From contig DATJEP010000030.1 in assembly GCA_035496475.1 (NCBI GenBank), positions 1 through 59,022 of the forward strand: 59,022 nucleotides of DNA, read 5' to 3'. Below are positions 31,408-43,924 of this stretch, one piece after another (position 1 is the stretch's first letter; every line of letters starts with the position of its first letter). The stretch comes from Candidatus Udaeobacter sp. (lineage in GTDB: Bacteria; Eisenbacteria; RBG-16-71-46). The notes below the pieces were generated by a model. That model was not told where the DNA came from and searched no databases. It worked only from the letters and a program-made list of their open reading frames with translations. Both the position numbers and the translations under genes were made by a program.

Positions 31408-32241
31408 CTAACGACTCCCTACCGCGCCGGCCGCGAGCGATGCGGCGGTGCGCCGCGTGCGCGCACCGTCTTCACCCGCGGGGCGGGCGCGCAACTCCCG
31501 ATTGTTGGGATCGGTCTGATACGCCCAGTCGAACACCACCTGGCTCGACGAGATCGAGATCACGCGGAACTTCGCGTAGTTCACGGTGGTGGCCCCGAGC
31601 CTGAGCACGTAGCAGTGGCCCGCGATCAGCTCGACCGTTCCGGTCGAGGACCATCCGGCCGAAGGAGCGAAATCGACGGCGTCGAGGCTGGTGGCATAGC
31701 CGGCGTCCTGAATGTCGGTATCCGTGAAGGGGCACACCATCTGCGGCGTGCCGCCGACCAGCTGGTAGTACATGTCGGTGCTGGGATCGTCCCAGGGCCG
31801 GACCGTGAAGGCCGAGAAATCCCATCCGCTGGTCGAAGGCGATGACGTCTTATCGCTCAGCCCCTGATTCGTCCCGGCGGGGCGAGGGGTGTCGTGGATC
31901 GTGTCGTACGACAGGTCGCTCTCGTTCCCCGCCAGGTCCACCGCCGAAACCGCGAAGTACTTGGTCACGCCATCGGTGAGCCCGGTGATCGTGAACGAAG
32001 TCGCGGGGGTGGATCCGACACGGGTATAGGCGCCATTGGCGGTGTTGCCGATGTAGACGCGATAGAGGGCGAGATCGCCTTCGGTGTTCTGGAGCCAGTG
32101 GAGGGTGACGCTCTGGTCTCCGGTGACGCTGTACACGCCGCGCGGCGCTGCCGGAGGCGTGCGGTCCTGAGGTGAGGTCTGGTCATCGCAGCCGGCCAGG
32201 AACACGGCTGACACCATCATCAGAATCCACAGTTTCCGCAT
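31408..32241 (-). CDS. Lipoprotein with a fibronectin type III domain
   Basis: GAAGGAGG lies 5 nt before the ATG at 32241. Lipobox: MRKLWILMMVSAVFLAGC. FN3-like segment PPAAPRGVYSVTGDQSVTLHW...YRVY...YFAVSAVDLAGNES. Confidence 0.8.
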   Translation of the reverse strand: MRKLWILMMVSAVFLAGCDDQTSPQDRTPPAAPRGVYSVTGDQSVTLHWLQNTEGDLALYRVYIGNTANGAYTRVGSTPATSFTITGLTDGVTKYFAVSAVDLAGNESDLSYDTIHDTPRPAGTNQGLSDKTSSPSTSGWDFSAFTVRPWDDPSTDMYYQLVGGTPQMVCPFTDTDIQDAGYATSLDAVDFAPSAGWSSTGTVELIAGHCYVLRLGATTVNYAKFRVISISSSQVVFDWAYQTDPNNRELRARPAGEDGARTRRTAASLAAGAVGSR

Positions 32242-32290
32242 GGCAGCCTCCTTCGGTGCGAACAATCGTCTCCAGCACCCTAACCCCAGC

Positions 32291-32305
32291 GCAATCGATG
32301 TGCCA
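32291..32305 (-). promoter_or_regulatory. Sigma-54 (-24/-12) promoter, TGGCAC-N5-TTGC exact, for the FN3-lipoprotein operon
   Basis: The minus strand reads gcgTGGCACatcgaTTGCgc. The -12 element lies 50 nt upstream of the ATG and SD. Confidence 0.6.
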
Positions 32306-32365
32306 CGCGGAAGGGCGATCCGGCGCACCGACCGCCGATCGCGTAAGTGGCGGGGTGGCAAGCGG

Positions 32366-32418
32366 AAAACGCGACGGCCGCCCGCGGTCCTCTCGGGACC
32401 GGAGGCGGCCGGATCGCG
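32366..32418 (-). terminator. Intrinsic terminator: CGCGA-tcc-GGCCGCC-t-CCGGTCC-cgaga-GGACCG-cg-GGCGGCC-g-TCGCG followed by TTTT
   Basis: The composite stem of about 18 bp and the T-tract on the minus strand were read directly from the sequence. Confidence 0.5.
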
Positions 32419-32677
32419 CTGGAGTGTGGCGTCGCCGCAACGGCGCGAAGCCACTCTGGAATACGGGGACACCAGTCGAGCTGCAACGTGACTACAGCCG
32501 AGACATCCCCCAGTGTTGGCCCGCGGTCACGAATCGAGCCGGTGTCCCACACCTGAGCTCGCCACGGGACACGGCGACCGATACACAAGAACCGGGTCAA
32601 CCGTGAAGCGGTCGACCGCGGCTCCGAGGTGAGACTCAGGCTTTATTCTTCATTGCTTCTGGATCTGCACGTTCCAA

Positions 32678-32759
32678 GCTAGCCGGTCGTAAAGGGCGGT
32701 GCGCTGTCATGTGACTGGGGCTCGTACCCTCGACCGGATCCTTTACTGCACCGGCTAGC
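32678..32759. repeat. 82-nt inverted repeat / long hairpin (gctagccggt-c-gtaaagg ... cctttac-tgc-accggctagc)
   Basis: The 10-bp and 7-bp complementary arms were read directly from the sequence. Confidence 0.7.
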
Positions 32760-32830
32760 CCAGATTGTGGTTCGACAACTTGCGCTGCCGAACTTTTTTG
32801 GAGGTCCCCCCCCTCCGCCGACGTGGTAGA

Positions 32831-32845
32831 GCACCCCGCGTGCCA
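32831..32845 (-). promoter_or_regulatory. Sigma-54-like element TGGCACG-N4-GTGC
   Basis: The minus strand reads cTGGCACGcgggGTGCTc. The -24 element is perfect, and the -12 element has G instead of the first T. Confidence 0.35.
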
Positions 32846-33060
32846 GATGCAATGACCCTGGCAAGCAAATCTTCATCGCATTACGCGACAGCGGATTACG
32901 GGCTCGTTCCGCGGACGGGGATGGCGGCGCCGCGAAACCGCGACCGGCCGATTCCTAAGATAACTATCGAATGACCCACGTGACCGGCTAAGTGCCGATG
33001 GCACATGGGTCTGAGTATAAAATGACTTAATAGTCGATCGCGGCGGTTTCGGAGGGTTTG

Positions 33061-36141
<3,081 letters not shown>

Positions 36142-36233
36142 TTTCGAACCCTCGATTTACCCGCACACCCGGTTGAGCGCCCCGGCGGTTCGTTCCGGAA
36201 CGCCGAAAAAACGAACTGACGTTGAATCGACTG

Positions 36234-36518
36234 CTACCGATCCAACCCCAGCTGTACCGCCGCCCAGATTCTGCTGGCCCAATAGAACCGGAGCGCATTA
36301 CCGATGGTCGAGGCGCTCTCGTTCCCGGGCGCGATCGAAGCACTGGTCTTCTTCACGCTCGGAACGTCGGGTTCTCCCGTGTACGGGCTCACGACCGGGT
36401 CGCTCCCGAAGGAGTCCCAATCGGTCTGGATCGCAGCATTCGCAACACCGCGAACGCTGAAAAGCCCGACCGCGAGAAGGGCCAGCAGGATCAGGAGCCT
36501 GTTGCGGAGTCTCGTCAT
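36234..36518 (-). CDS. Small secreted protein (94 aa), no recognised family
   Basis: Strong SD (GGAGAAGGAGGGGG) before the ATG. Signal peptide MTRLRNRLLILLALLAVGLFSVRGVANA. It lies 92 nt upstream of the activator gene on the same strand. Confidence 0.5.
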   Translation of the reverse strand: MTRLRNRLLILLALLAVGLFSVRGVANAAIQTDWDSFGSDPVVSPYTGEPDVPSVKKTSASIAPGNESASTIGNALRFYWASRIWAAVQLGLDR

Positions 36519-36553
36519 TAACTTCCCCCTCCTTCTCCAAAAACTGGCGGCTG

Positions 36554-36595
36554 AAAAAAACTTTCACACCAGTCGACTAGGAGGAAACCGACTGG
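36554..36595 (-). terminator. Hairpin (ccagtcg/cgactgg) plus T7 tract 8 nt downstream; possible terminator of the ArsR-Ppx operon
   Basis: The hairpin was read directly from the sequence. The gap between stem and T-run is atypical. Confidence 0.3.
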
Positions 36596-36671
36596 TATCA
36601 ATATTTTTGAATCGAGGGGACCGCCTGCCATTCGGTGCCGGGCAAAGTATCCGCCCACCCGGCGAATGGCG

Positions 36672-37658
36672 TCAAAGGGTATTTCCGGGACCGTCAGCCT
36701 CGATGCCGGCCGCTTCCTCGGCCGCGAGGCGCGCCAGCCCGTAGCGGAGCCCCTGGGTCGAGCAGACCAGGGCGCCCGAGGGGAACCGCCGGTACAGCTC
36801 GTCGATGATGAGGGCTCCGGCGGCGACGATGTCGGCGCGGCCCTCTCCCATGATCGGCCAGGTTCCCCGCTCGCGGCGCGGGGTGGTGATCAGCCGCTCC
36901 ACCAGCTCGACCAGCCTCGGGCCCTGGATGCTCCAGCCTTCGAGCATGGCCGGGTCGTAGGTCGTCAGGCCCCGATCGAGCGAGGCGAGAACCGTCACCG
37001 TTCCTCCCACGCCGGCGAGGAGCGGAACGCGCTCGGGCATACTTGCACAGTGATGCATAAGTTCATCGCGGACCCGCTGCCGCAGCGAGGCGATCTCGTC
37101 CGCGGACGGCGGATCGCTGGCCAGGAACGCGTCGGTCAGGCTCACCGCCCCGAAGCCGAGGCTCGTCCACCGGCCCGGCTCGAGCCCGACGCCGCTCACC
37201 ACTTCGGTGCTGCCACCACCGACGTCGAAGACGACACCGGCCTGCCGGCGGGTGGCGAGGCCGAGGCCGTGGACCACGGACCGGTAGACCAGCCTGGCCT
37301 CGTCATCGCCGCTCAGGACACGCACCGGCAGCCCGGCTCTCAGCGAGATCCGCTCCGCCGTTTCGGCACCGTTCTTCGCGTTCCGGAGCGCGGCGGTGGC
37401 GCCGATGATCAGCGTCGTGGCTCCGAGCCCTCGGGCCCGACGTACGAATTCCGCGACCACGTCGCCGGCCCGGGCCGCGATGTCGGCATCGATCTCGCCA
37501 TTGCGCGACAGTCCGCGCGCCAGCCGGCACGACTCGCCTGCGCGGGCGATCACGCGGAGCTGGTCGCGACCCTCCGGCGACCGCGCCGTATCGGCGACCA
37601 GCAGCCGGATCGAATTGGAACCGACATCAATTGCACCGACACGCATAGGTTGCTTCAC
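36672..37658 (-). CDS. Ppx/GppA-family phosphatase (short form)
   Basis: Contains the GAIDVGSNSIRLLVAD ASKHA-fold motif. The GTG at 37658 overlaps the upstream stop codon (GTGA); an alternative ATG is at 37646. Confidence 0.85.
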   Translation of the reverse strand: MKQPMRVGAIDVGSNSIRLLVADTARSPEGRDQLRVIARAGESCRLARGLSRNGEIDADIAARAGDVVAEFVRRARGLGATTLIIGATAALRNAKNGAETAERISLRAGLPVRVLSGDDEARLVYRSVVHGLGLATRRQAGVVFDVGGGSTEVVSGVGLEPGRWTSLGFGAVSLTDAFLASDPPSADEIASLRQRVRDELMHHCASMPERVPLLAGVGGTVTVLASLDRGLTTYDPAMLEGWSIQGPRLVELVERLITTPRRERGTWPIMGEGRADIVAAGALIIDELYRRFPSGALVCSTQGLRYGLARLAAEEAAGIEADGPGNTL

Positions 37659-38212
37659 AACAGGAAATCCTCCAGCTCTTCACGAATCGGCCATCTCCGG
37701 GGTCGAGCCGCATTGGCCACCGGCTCGGATCGCGCGCTCTCGCCATCGCCTGGGTTCCTCACCGCCTCATCGTCCATCGGCCGGGAGGGATCCGGTCGCG
37801 GGGACGCCACCGGGGGCTCGGACCGGGGTTCGAGCGCCGCCGGGGGCTCGGGTGGGAGTCCGAGCCTCGGCCCGGGCGCATCGACCCGGGTCTCCGTATG
37901 AGCCCGGGGTCGAATTCGGCGGCGTGGCTTCGGTCGCGCGGGCGGATCCGGTCGATCGGGAGACGGCACAGCACTCGACAGGGCCCAGCGCAACAGCGCA
38001 CGAACCGTCGCGCGCTCGGTGCAGAGCTGGAACAGCACGCGCTTCCCGTCGCGGCGCCCACGCGCGACGCCGTGTCGCGCCAGAACCTGAAGGTGGCGGG
38101 TCGTGCAGGACTGGGACAGGCCGACGCGCCGGGCGAGATCGCTCACGCACGATTCGCCGGCGGCCAGTCGGCCCACCAGTTGGAACCGCGACGGATCGGC
38201 GACGCAGGCCAT
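37655..38212 (-). CDS. ArsR/SmtB-family transcriptional regulator with a long Pro/Arg-rich C-terminal extension
   Basis: Winged HTH segment ADPSRFQLVGRLAAGESCVSDLARRVGLSQSCTTRHLQVLARHGV. The start is uncertain: 38212, or upstream ATGs at 38335 or 38350. Confidence 0.65.
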   Translation of the reverse strand: MACVADPSRFQLVGRLAAGESCVSDLARRVGLSQSCTTRHLQVLARHGVARGRRDGKRVLFQLCTERATVRALLRWALSSAVPSPDRPDPPARPKPRRRIRPRAHTETRVDAPGPRLGLPPEPPAALEPRSEPPVASPRPDPSRPMDDEAVRNPGDGESARSEPVANAARPRRWPIREELEDFLL

Positions 38213-38364
38213 GAGATCGCGGCGTCGCGGCGACCGGGACTGGGATGTGGGCTGTGATCCGGGCCGGGAGCGGAGTTGAGAGCGACGATGGGATTGGGGC
38301 CGGTTTCGACCGGCGGAAGCGGCTCGGACATTCATTGCATGGCGATGCATATCATCGACCGGCG

Positions 38365-38394
38365 TTGACCGCAAGGAATTGCGTTTGATAGCCT
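38365..38394 (+). promoter_or_regulatory. Sigma-70-type promoter for rlmN: TTGACC-N18-TAGCCT
   Basis: The plus strand reads gTTGACCgcaaggaattgcgtttgaTAGCCTc. This argues for the ATG at 38421 rather than the TTG at 38379 as the start. Confidence 0.4.
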
Positions 38395-38420
38395 CGGCGG
38401 ACCCCGCTCGAAAGGCGCTC

Positions 38421-39491
38421 ATGGCCACCTCACCCCTCCCACTCCAGCTGGATTCCGCGCCCAATTTCTACGGTCTCACCCGCTCGGGTCTCGGCGGGCG
38501 TCTGGAGGCCGCGGGACTGCCGCGCTATCGGGCGGATCAGCTGTTCACCTGGGTGTACCAGAAGCACCGCCGCGACGCTGCCGCGATGTCCAATCTGCCG
38601 GCCGCGATGCGCGAGCGCTTCACCGACTTCTGTGACCTCCGCCTGCCGCGGGTCGAGGCCGCGCTCGAGACCCGGGACCGCCAGACCCAGAAGTTCGTCC
38701 TCGCGCTCGAGGACGGCTCGCGGATCGAATGCGTGGCCATGCGCGCCGCCCGCCGGCTCACGTTCTGCCTCTCCAGCCAGGCCGGGTGCGCGCTTCAGTG
38801 CGCGTTCTGCGCCACCGGCCTCATGGGACTCAAGCGCAACCTACGCGCCGAGGAGATCGTGGCCCAGGTGGTGATCATGGGCGATTTCCACGGCTGGCGT
38901 GACGATCGCTTCAATCTGGTCTTCATGGGAATGGGCGAGCCCCTGGCGAACTACCGGGCGATGATGGACGCGATCCGCATTCTCCACGAGCCGCTCGGTC
39001 TGAACCTCGGCGCCCGGCGCATTACGGTGTCGACCAGCGGCCTCGTGCCCCAGATCCGCATGCTCGCCGAAGAGCATCTTCCCCTGGGTCTCGCCGTCTC
39101 GCTCCACGCCACAACCGACGCGCTGCGCGACCGGCTCGTGCCGGTCAACCGCCGCTGGCCGATCGAGGAGCTGCTGTCGGCGGCGCGAGACTACGGCCGC
39201 GTCACCGGGCGGCGGGTGACGCTCGAATACACGCTGCTCGCCGGCGTCAACGACGGCCCCGAAGACGCCGACCGCCTCGGCGCGATCGCCCGCGATCTGC
39301 CGTCCAAGATCAATCTGATCCCCTACAACCCGGTGCCGGGACTGGAATGGAAGCGGCCCTCGCAGGCCGCCATCGACGCCTTCGTGGAGCGGCTCTACCC
39401 GCGGGCGCCGGCCGTCATGGTGCGCAACACGCTGGGCGGCGAGATCTGGGCGGCGTGCGGACAGCTCGGAGGACTGAGTCCCGGGGCCTGA
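38421..39491 (+). CDS. rlmN: Radical-SAM 23S rRNA/tRNA adenine-C2 methyltransferase RlmN
   Basis: Contains YRADQLFTWVY, the CxxxCxxC cluster (GCALQCAFCATG), and SLHA...VPVN motifs. Confidence 0.9.
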   Translation: MATSPLPLQLDSAPNFYGLTRSGLGGRLEAAGLPRYRADQLFTWVYQKHRRDAAAMSNLPAAMRERFTDFCDLRLPRVEAALETRDRQTQKFVLALEDGSRIECVAMRAARRLTFCLSSQAGCALQCAFCATGLMGLKRNLRAEEIVAQVVIMGDFHGWRDDRFNLVFMGMGEPLANYRAMMDAIRILHEPLGLNLGARRITVSTSGLVPQIRMLAEEHLPLGLAVSLHATTDALRDRLVPVNRRWPIEELLSAARDYGRVTGRRVTLEYTLLAGVNDGPEDADRLGAIARDLPSKINLIPYNPVPGLEWKRPSQAAIDAFVERLYPRAPAVMVRNTLGGEIWAACGQLGGLSPGA

Positions 39492-39510
39492 TTCCGCCCC
39501 GCGCTCCGCC

Positions 39511-41031
39511 GTGTCGCTGCGCGCACGACTGATTCTCGCGCTGCTGGCAATGGCGCTGCTGCCCACGCTGGCGTTCACGCTCTACACCCGCTATCAGATC
39601 GGCATCGCCTCGCAGTGGTGGATGCTGCCCGGCATCCAGCGCACGCTCGAGTCCTCGATCGAGGTGAGCCGCGGCGCCATGGTCCGAATGGACGCGGCGG
39701 CCCTGGCCCAGGCCGATCGCTGGGCCGCGGATTGCCCGCTGCCGCGGCCGAAGCCGCCGGAGCTGGCCTCGCTGCGCCGCGAGATCGGCGAAGCGGGCCT
39801 CGACATGCTGCAGGTGTATCGCCATGGACGCCAGTGGCACCTGGAATCGCAGTTCGCGCCCGAGCGCGTGCTCCAGCCCGATCGACCGGACTTCTCCGCC
39901 GACCTCGACTCGGTGCTCGCCGGAGGCGGGAGTCTTCATTCCGCGCGGGGCTGGCTGGCGGGCGTGGCGCGCGGGCCCAACGGCTGCGCGGTGCTGTGCG
40001 GATTCCGCGTGGCGCCGGGATTCTTCGAAGACATCGACCGGATCGGGCGCGGCACCGAATATTACCGCGGCCACTCGGTGGTGGCCGACATCCAGCGCCA
40101 GTACGCGTGGATGCTGGCGACCGCGCTCGTCCTCGTGCTGGTCGCCCTCGCACTGATCGTTTCCGCGCGCCTCGCCGGCGAGATGTCGCGGCCGCTGCGA
40201 GAACTTTCCGAAGCACTCGGCCGCATCGCCGCCGGGGAATGGAGCGCGCGCGTCGAGCCGCAGGGCGCACCCGAGATGCGGAGGCTCGGCGAGTCGTTCA
40301 ACGCCATGGCCGCGCGCCTCGAGGCGGCCCGGGACGCGCTCGCCCGCGCCGAGCGCGAGGCGGCGTGGCGGGACGTCGCGCAGCGTCTGGCCCACGAGTT
40401 CAAGAACATCCTCACGCCGATGTCGCTTTCGCTCTACGTGCTGGCGAAGAACGCCGCGGCGGCCGAGAGCTCGGCGACGGAGACCGAGGAGAGCCTCGGT
40501 GCGCTCGAGCGCGGCGTCGCGCACCTCAGCCGGCTGGCGGGCCAGTTCTCGCAGTACGCGCGGCTGCCCGAGCCGCGCTTCGAGCCGCTCGATCTCGTCG
40601 AGCTGGCGCGCGGCACCGCCCAAAACGCGCCGGGCGCGAAGGTCGAGATCCATGCCGATGGGCCGGTCGAGGTGGTGGGTGATAGCCTGCTGCTGGCCCG
40701 CGCCGTTCACAATCTGGTGCTGAACGCGTGCGAGGCGAGCTCGGCTGGTGGAATCGTCGAGGTCGCCGCGTGGATCGAAGGGGATCGCGCCGTTCTCGAG
40801 GTGCGGGATCGCGGCACGGGGATCCCGGAGGGGCTCGAGGCCAGACTCTTCCGGCCGTACGTCAGCACGAAGAAGCGCGGCAGCGGTCTCGGCCTCGCGC
40901 TGGTGCGCGACATCGCCGAGCAGCATGGGGGCAGCGTCGGGCTCGCGAATCGCGAGGGCGGCGGCGCGGTGGCGCGGCTGGTCGTTCCGCGGGACCGAGC
41001 GGCGGCCGCCGATCCGCCGCGCGAAACCTGA
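39511..41031 (+). CDS. NtrY-like sensor histidine kinase (TM, HAMP, HisKA, HATPase)
   Basis: Two TM helices flank a periplasmic segment. HAMP domain present. H-box motif LAHEFKNILTPM, and a G-box (KKRGSGLGLALV). Confidence 0.85.
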   Translation: MSLRARLILALLAMALLPTLAFTLYTRYQIGIASQWWMLPGIQRTLESSIEVSRGAMVRMDAAALAQADRWAADCPLPRPKPPELASLRREIGEAGLDMLQVYRHGRQWHLESQFAPERVLQPDRPDFSADLDSVLAGGGSLHSARGWLAGVARGPNGCAVLCGFRVAPGFFEDIDRIGRGTEYYRGHSVVADIQRQYAWMLATALVLVLVALALIVSARLAGEMSRPLRELSEALGRIAAGEWSARVEPQGAPEMRRLGESFNAMAARLEAARDALARAEREAAWRDVAQRLAHEFKNILTPMSLSLYVLAKNAAAAESSATETEESLGALERGVAHLSRLAGQFSQYARLPEPRFEPLDLVELARGTAQNAPGAKVEIHADGPVEVVGDSLLLARAVHNLVLNACEASSAGGIVEVAAWIEGDRAVLEVRDRGTGIPEGLEARLFRPYVSTKKRGSGLGLALVRDIAEQHGGSVGLANREGGGAVARLVVPRDRAAAADPPRET

Positions 41032-41083
41032 CGCAGGCGCCGCATCCGACCCGGAAACTTCCGTTGAACGACAAGGAGAGCTG

Positions 41084-42424
<1,341 letters not shown>

Positions 42425-42542
42425 GAGGCGGTGCCGTCGCCGCCCCGCCACACGCGCGGAGCCGCGGCCACATTGTGCCGCGCTCGATCCGGTCCGCGAG
42501 CGGGATTCCCGGCGATCACGCGGGTCATGCCAACGTCATGGC

Positions 42543-42557
42543 TGGTATGGAGCTTGC
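42543..42557 (+). promoter_or_regulatory. Sigma-54-type promoter TGGTAT-N5-TTGC upstream of the Omp85-DUF4390 genes
   Basis: The plus strand reads gcTGGTATggagcTTGCgt. The -12 element lies 45 nt upstream of the GTG at 42602, which has a GAGGAGG SD. Confidence 0.45.
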
Positions 42558-42601
42558 GTTGCGGCCATGAGATGCTCCCGGCTCCTGTTCGAGGAGGTCC
42601 C

Positions 42602-43918
42602 GTGACGCCGCCTTCCCCTCTGCGCACGCTGATGATCGCAGCCGCACTGGTCCTCGCCCCCGGGCTCGCTCGGGCGGCCGATCCGCCCCCCGAGCCGGCC
42701 GCCCGCGACACCACCGAGCACCTCCAGTTCACCCCGAACCCGCTCGAATCGGAAGCGCCGCCCGAGCGCCCGCGTTCTCCGATCGGCGACCGCGAAGGCT
42801 CGTGGGCCAGGGCCCCGCGCGGCGACGACATCATCACCGACATCGAGCCCTGGCACGCCGCTGAAGGACACCATCAGGACCTCGATCTCCTGGTCGACTA
42901 CAACCGCGTCGATCCGCTCCGTGCCGGATTCGGCTGGCGATTCCATGGGACGGATGCGTGGATGCCGCGCGTCGGCGCGCGGGTCGAGCGTGCGTTCGGC
43001 CGGAATCGCACGCTGTACGGCGCGCAATTCGAGCAGCCGATCATCGGGCGCCGGAGGCTTTCGATCGGCGCCACGATGTACCGGAGAACCGATCACAACG
43101 ATCTCCAGCAGATGAGCGACTTCGAGAACAGCCTGGCGCTGCTGCTCGGTCGCACCGACGATCGCGATTACTTCGAGCGCGAAGGCCAGGGCGTCTACCT
43201 CGCGCTCCGGGTTCCGCGCGTCACCCGCGCCAGTCTGCGCTTCAACAGCGACCGCTACCGGTCGCTGTCGACCTGGACCGACACGCGCTCGTGGGCGCAC
43301 ACTGGGCGACCGTTGCGCGTGAATCCCGCCATCGACGACGGCGACGTGCACGCGCTCCAGCTCCGATTCGAGCGCGCGCCGCGCATGCCGCGCCGGCTCC
43401 GCGTCGGTCTCGATCACTGGATCGAGATCGAGCGCGCGGGTCATGGCATGGGCGGAGACTTCAGCTACACGCGGGCACTGGCCGACGTCCGCAGCATGCT
43501 GCGGCTCACCCCCGCCTCGACCCTGTCCCTTCGCGCCGTCGGCGGCCACAATCCCGACGGCGATCTGCCCCGCCAGAGGGAATTCACCGTTGGAGGGCCT
43601 GACGGCCTGCGCGCCCACCCGGTCGACGCCTTCCGCGGCAATCGCATCGCGCTCGGTCAGGCGGAATACGACGTCGGACTCTGGAGTATGCGGGGTGACG
43701 GTTTCGAGAACGGGATCCATGCGCTGGCATTCGTCGACGCGGGAGGAGCGTGGCATGGAACGCGCGGGAGCTGGGATCCGATTAGTCAGCGCTTCGCCGC
43801 CGACGGCGGCGTCGGGGTCGCGACCTCGGACACTTCGTTGCGGGTCTACTTCGCGAAGGACCTTCATGACGCCGGCCGCGACGTGGTGATCTCGGTGAGA
43901 CTTCAGCGTCCGTTCTGA
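42602..43918 (+). CDS. Omp85/BamA-TamA-family outer-membrane beta-barrel protein
   Basis: GAGGAGG lies 4 nt before the GTG at 42602. Signal peptide ...LMIAAALVLAPGLARA. C-terminal bacterial-surface-antigen pattern (FTVGGPDGLR...AFVDAGGAW...LRVYFAKDL...RPF). Confidence 0.75.
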   Translation: MTPPSPLRTLMIAAALVLAPGLARAADPPPEPAARDTTEHLQFTPNPLESEAPPERPRSPIGDREGSWARAPRGDDIITDIEPWHAAEGHHQDLDLLVDYNRVDPLRAGFGWRFHGTDAWMPRVGARVERAFGRNRTLYGAQFEQPIIGRRRLSIGATMYRRTDHNDLQQMSDFENSLALLLGRTDDRDYFEREGQGVYLALRVPRVTRASLRFNSDRYRSLSTWTDTRSWAHTGRPLRVNPAIDDGDVHALQLRFERAPRMPRRLRVGLDHWIEIERAGHGMGGDFSYTRALADVRSMLRLTPASTLSLRAVGGHNPDGDLPRQREFTVGGPDGLRAHPVDAFRGNRIALGQAEYDVGLWSMRGDGFENGIHALAFVDAGGAWHGTRGSWDPISQRFAADGGVGVATSDTSLRVYFAKDLHDAGRDVVISVRLQRPF

Positions 43919-43924
43919 CCCATC

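Larger units (their letters stand above)
32366..32819 (-). ncRNA. Candidate structured non-coding transcript (about 450 nt) between a sigma-54-like promoter and a strong terminator
   Basis: No ORF with an SD exceeds 24 codons. Multiple long hairpins are present (32678-32759; GTGTCCC/GGGACAC; GTGGC/GCCAC). Confidence 0.25.

Noticed and set aside
32760-32850. tmRNA/tRNA-like fragments: gattgtggttcgacaacttgc resembles the tmRNA 5' GGxUUCGAC region, and gtggtagagcac resembles a tRNA D-arm.
   Set aside because: There is no GGGG acceptor start, no matching acceptor or T-arm pairing, no CCA-proximal T-loop, and no tag-peptide ORF. The D-stem partner is absent. These are most likely chance resemblances within a structured region.
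32679-32974. Small ORFs in the AT-rich gap: 32679-32876(-) of 65 aa and 32765-32974(+) of 69 aa.
   Set aside because: They have no SD and an odd composition (poly-Gly/Pro arising from the homopolymer run). They overlap each other and the hairpins. I treat the region as non-coding.
38379-38420. The TTG at 38379 as the rlmN start (track ORF).
   Set aside because: It lies inside the predicted TTGACC-N18-TAGCCT promoter. The ATG at 38421 gives a normal RlmN N-terminus.
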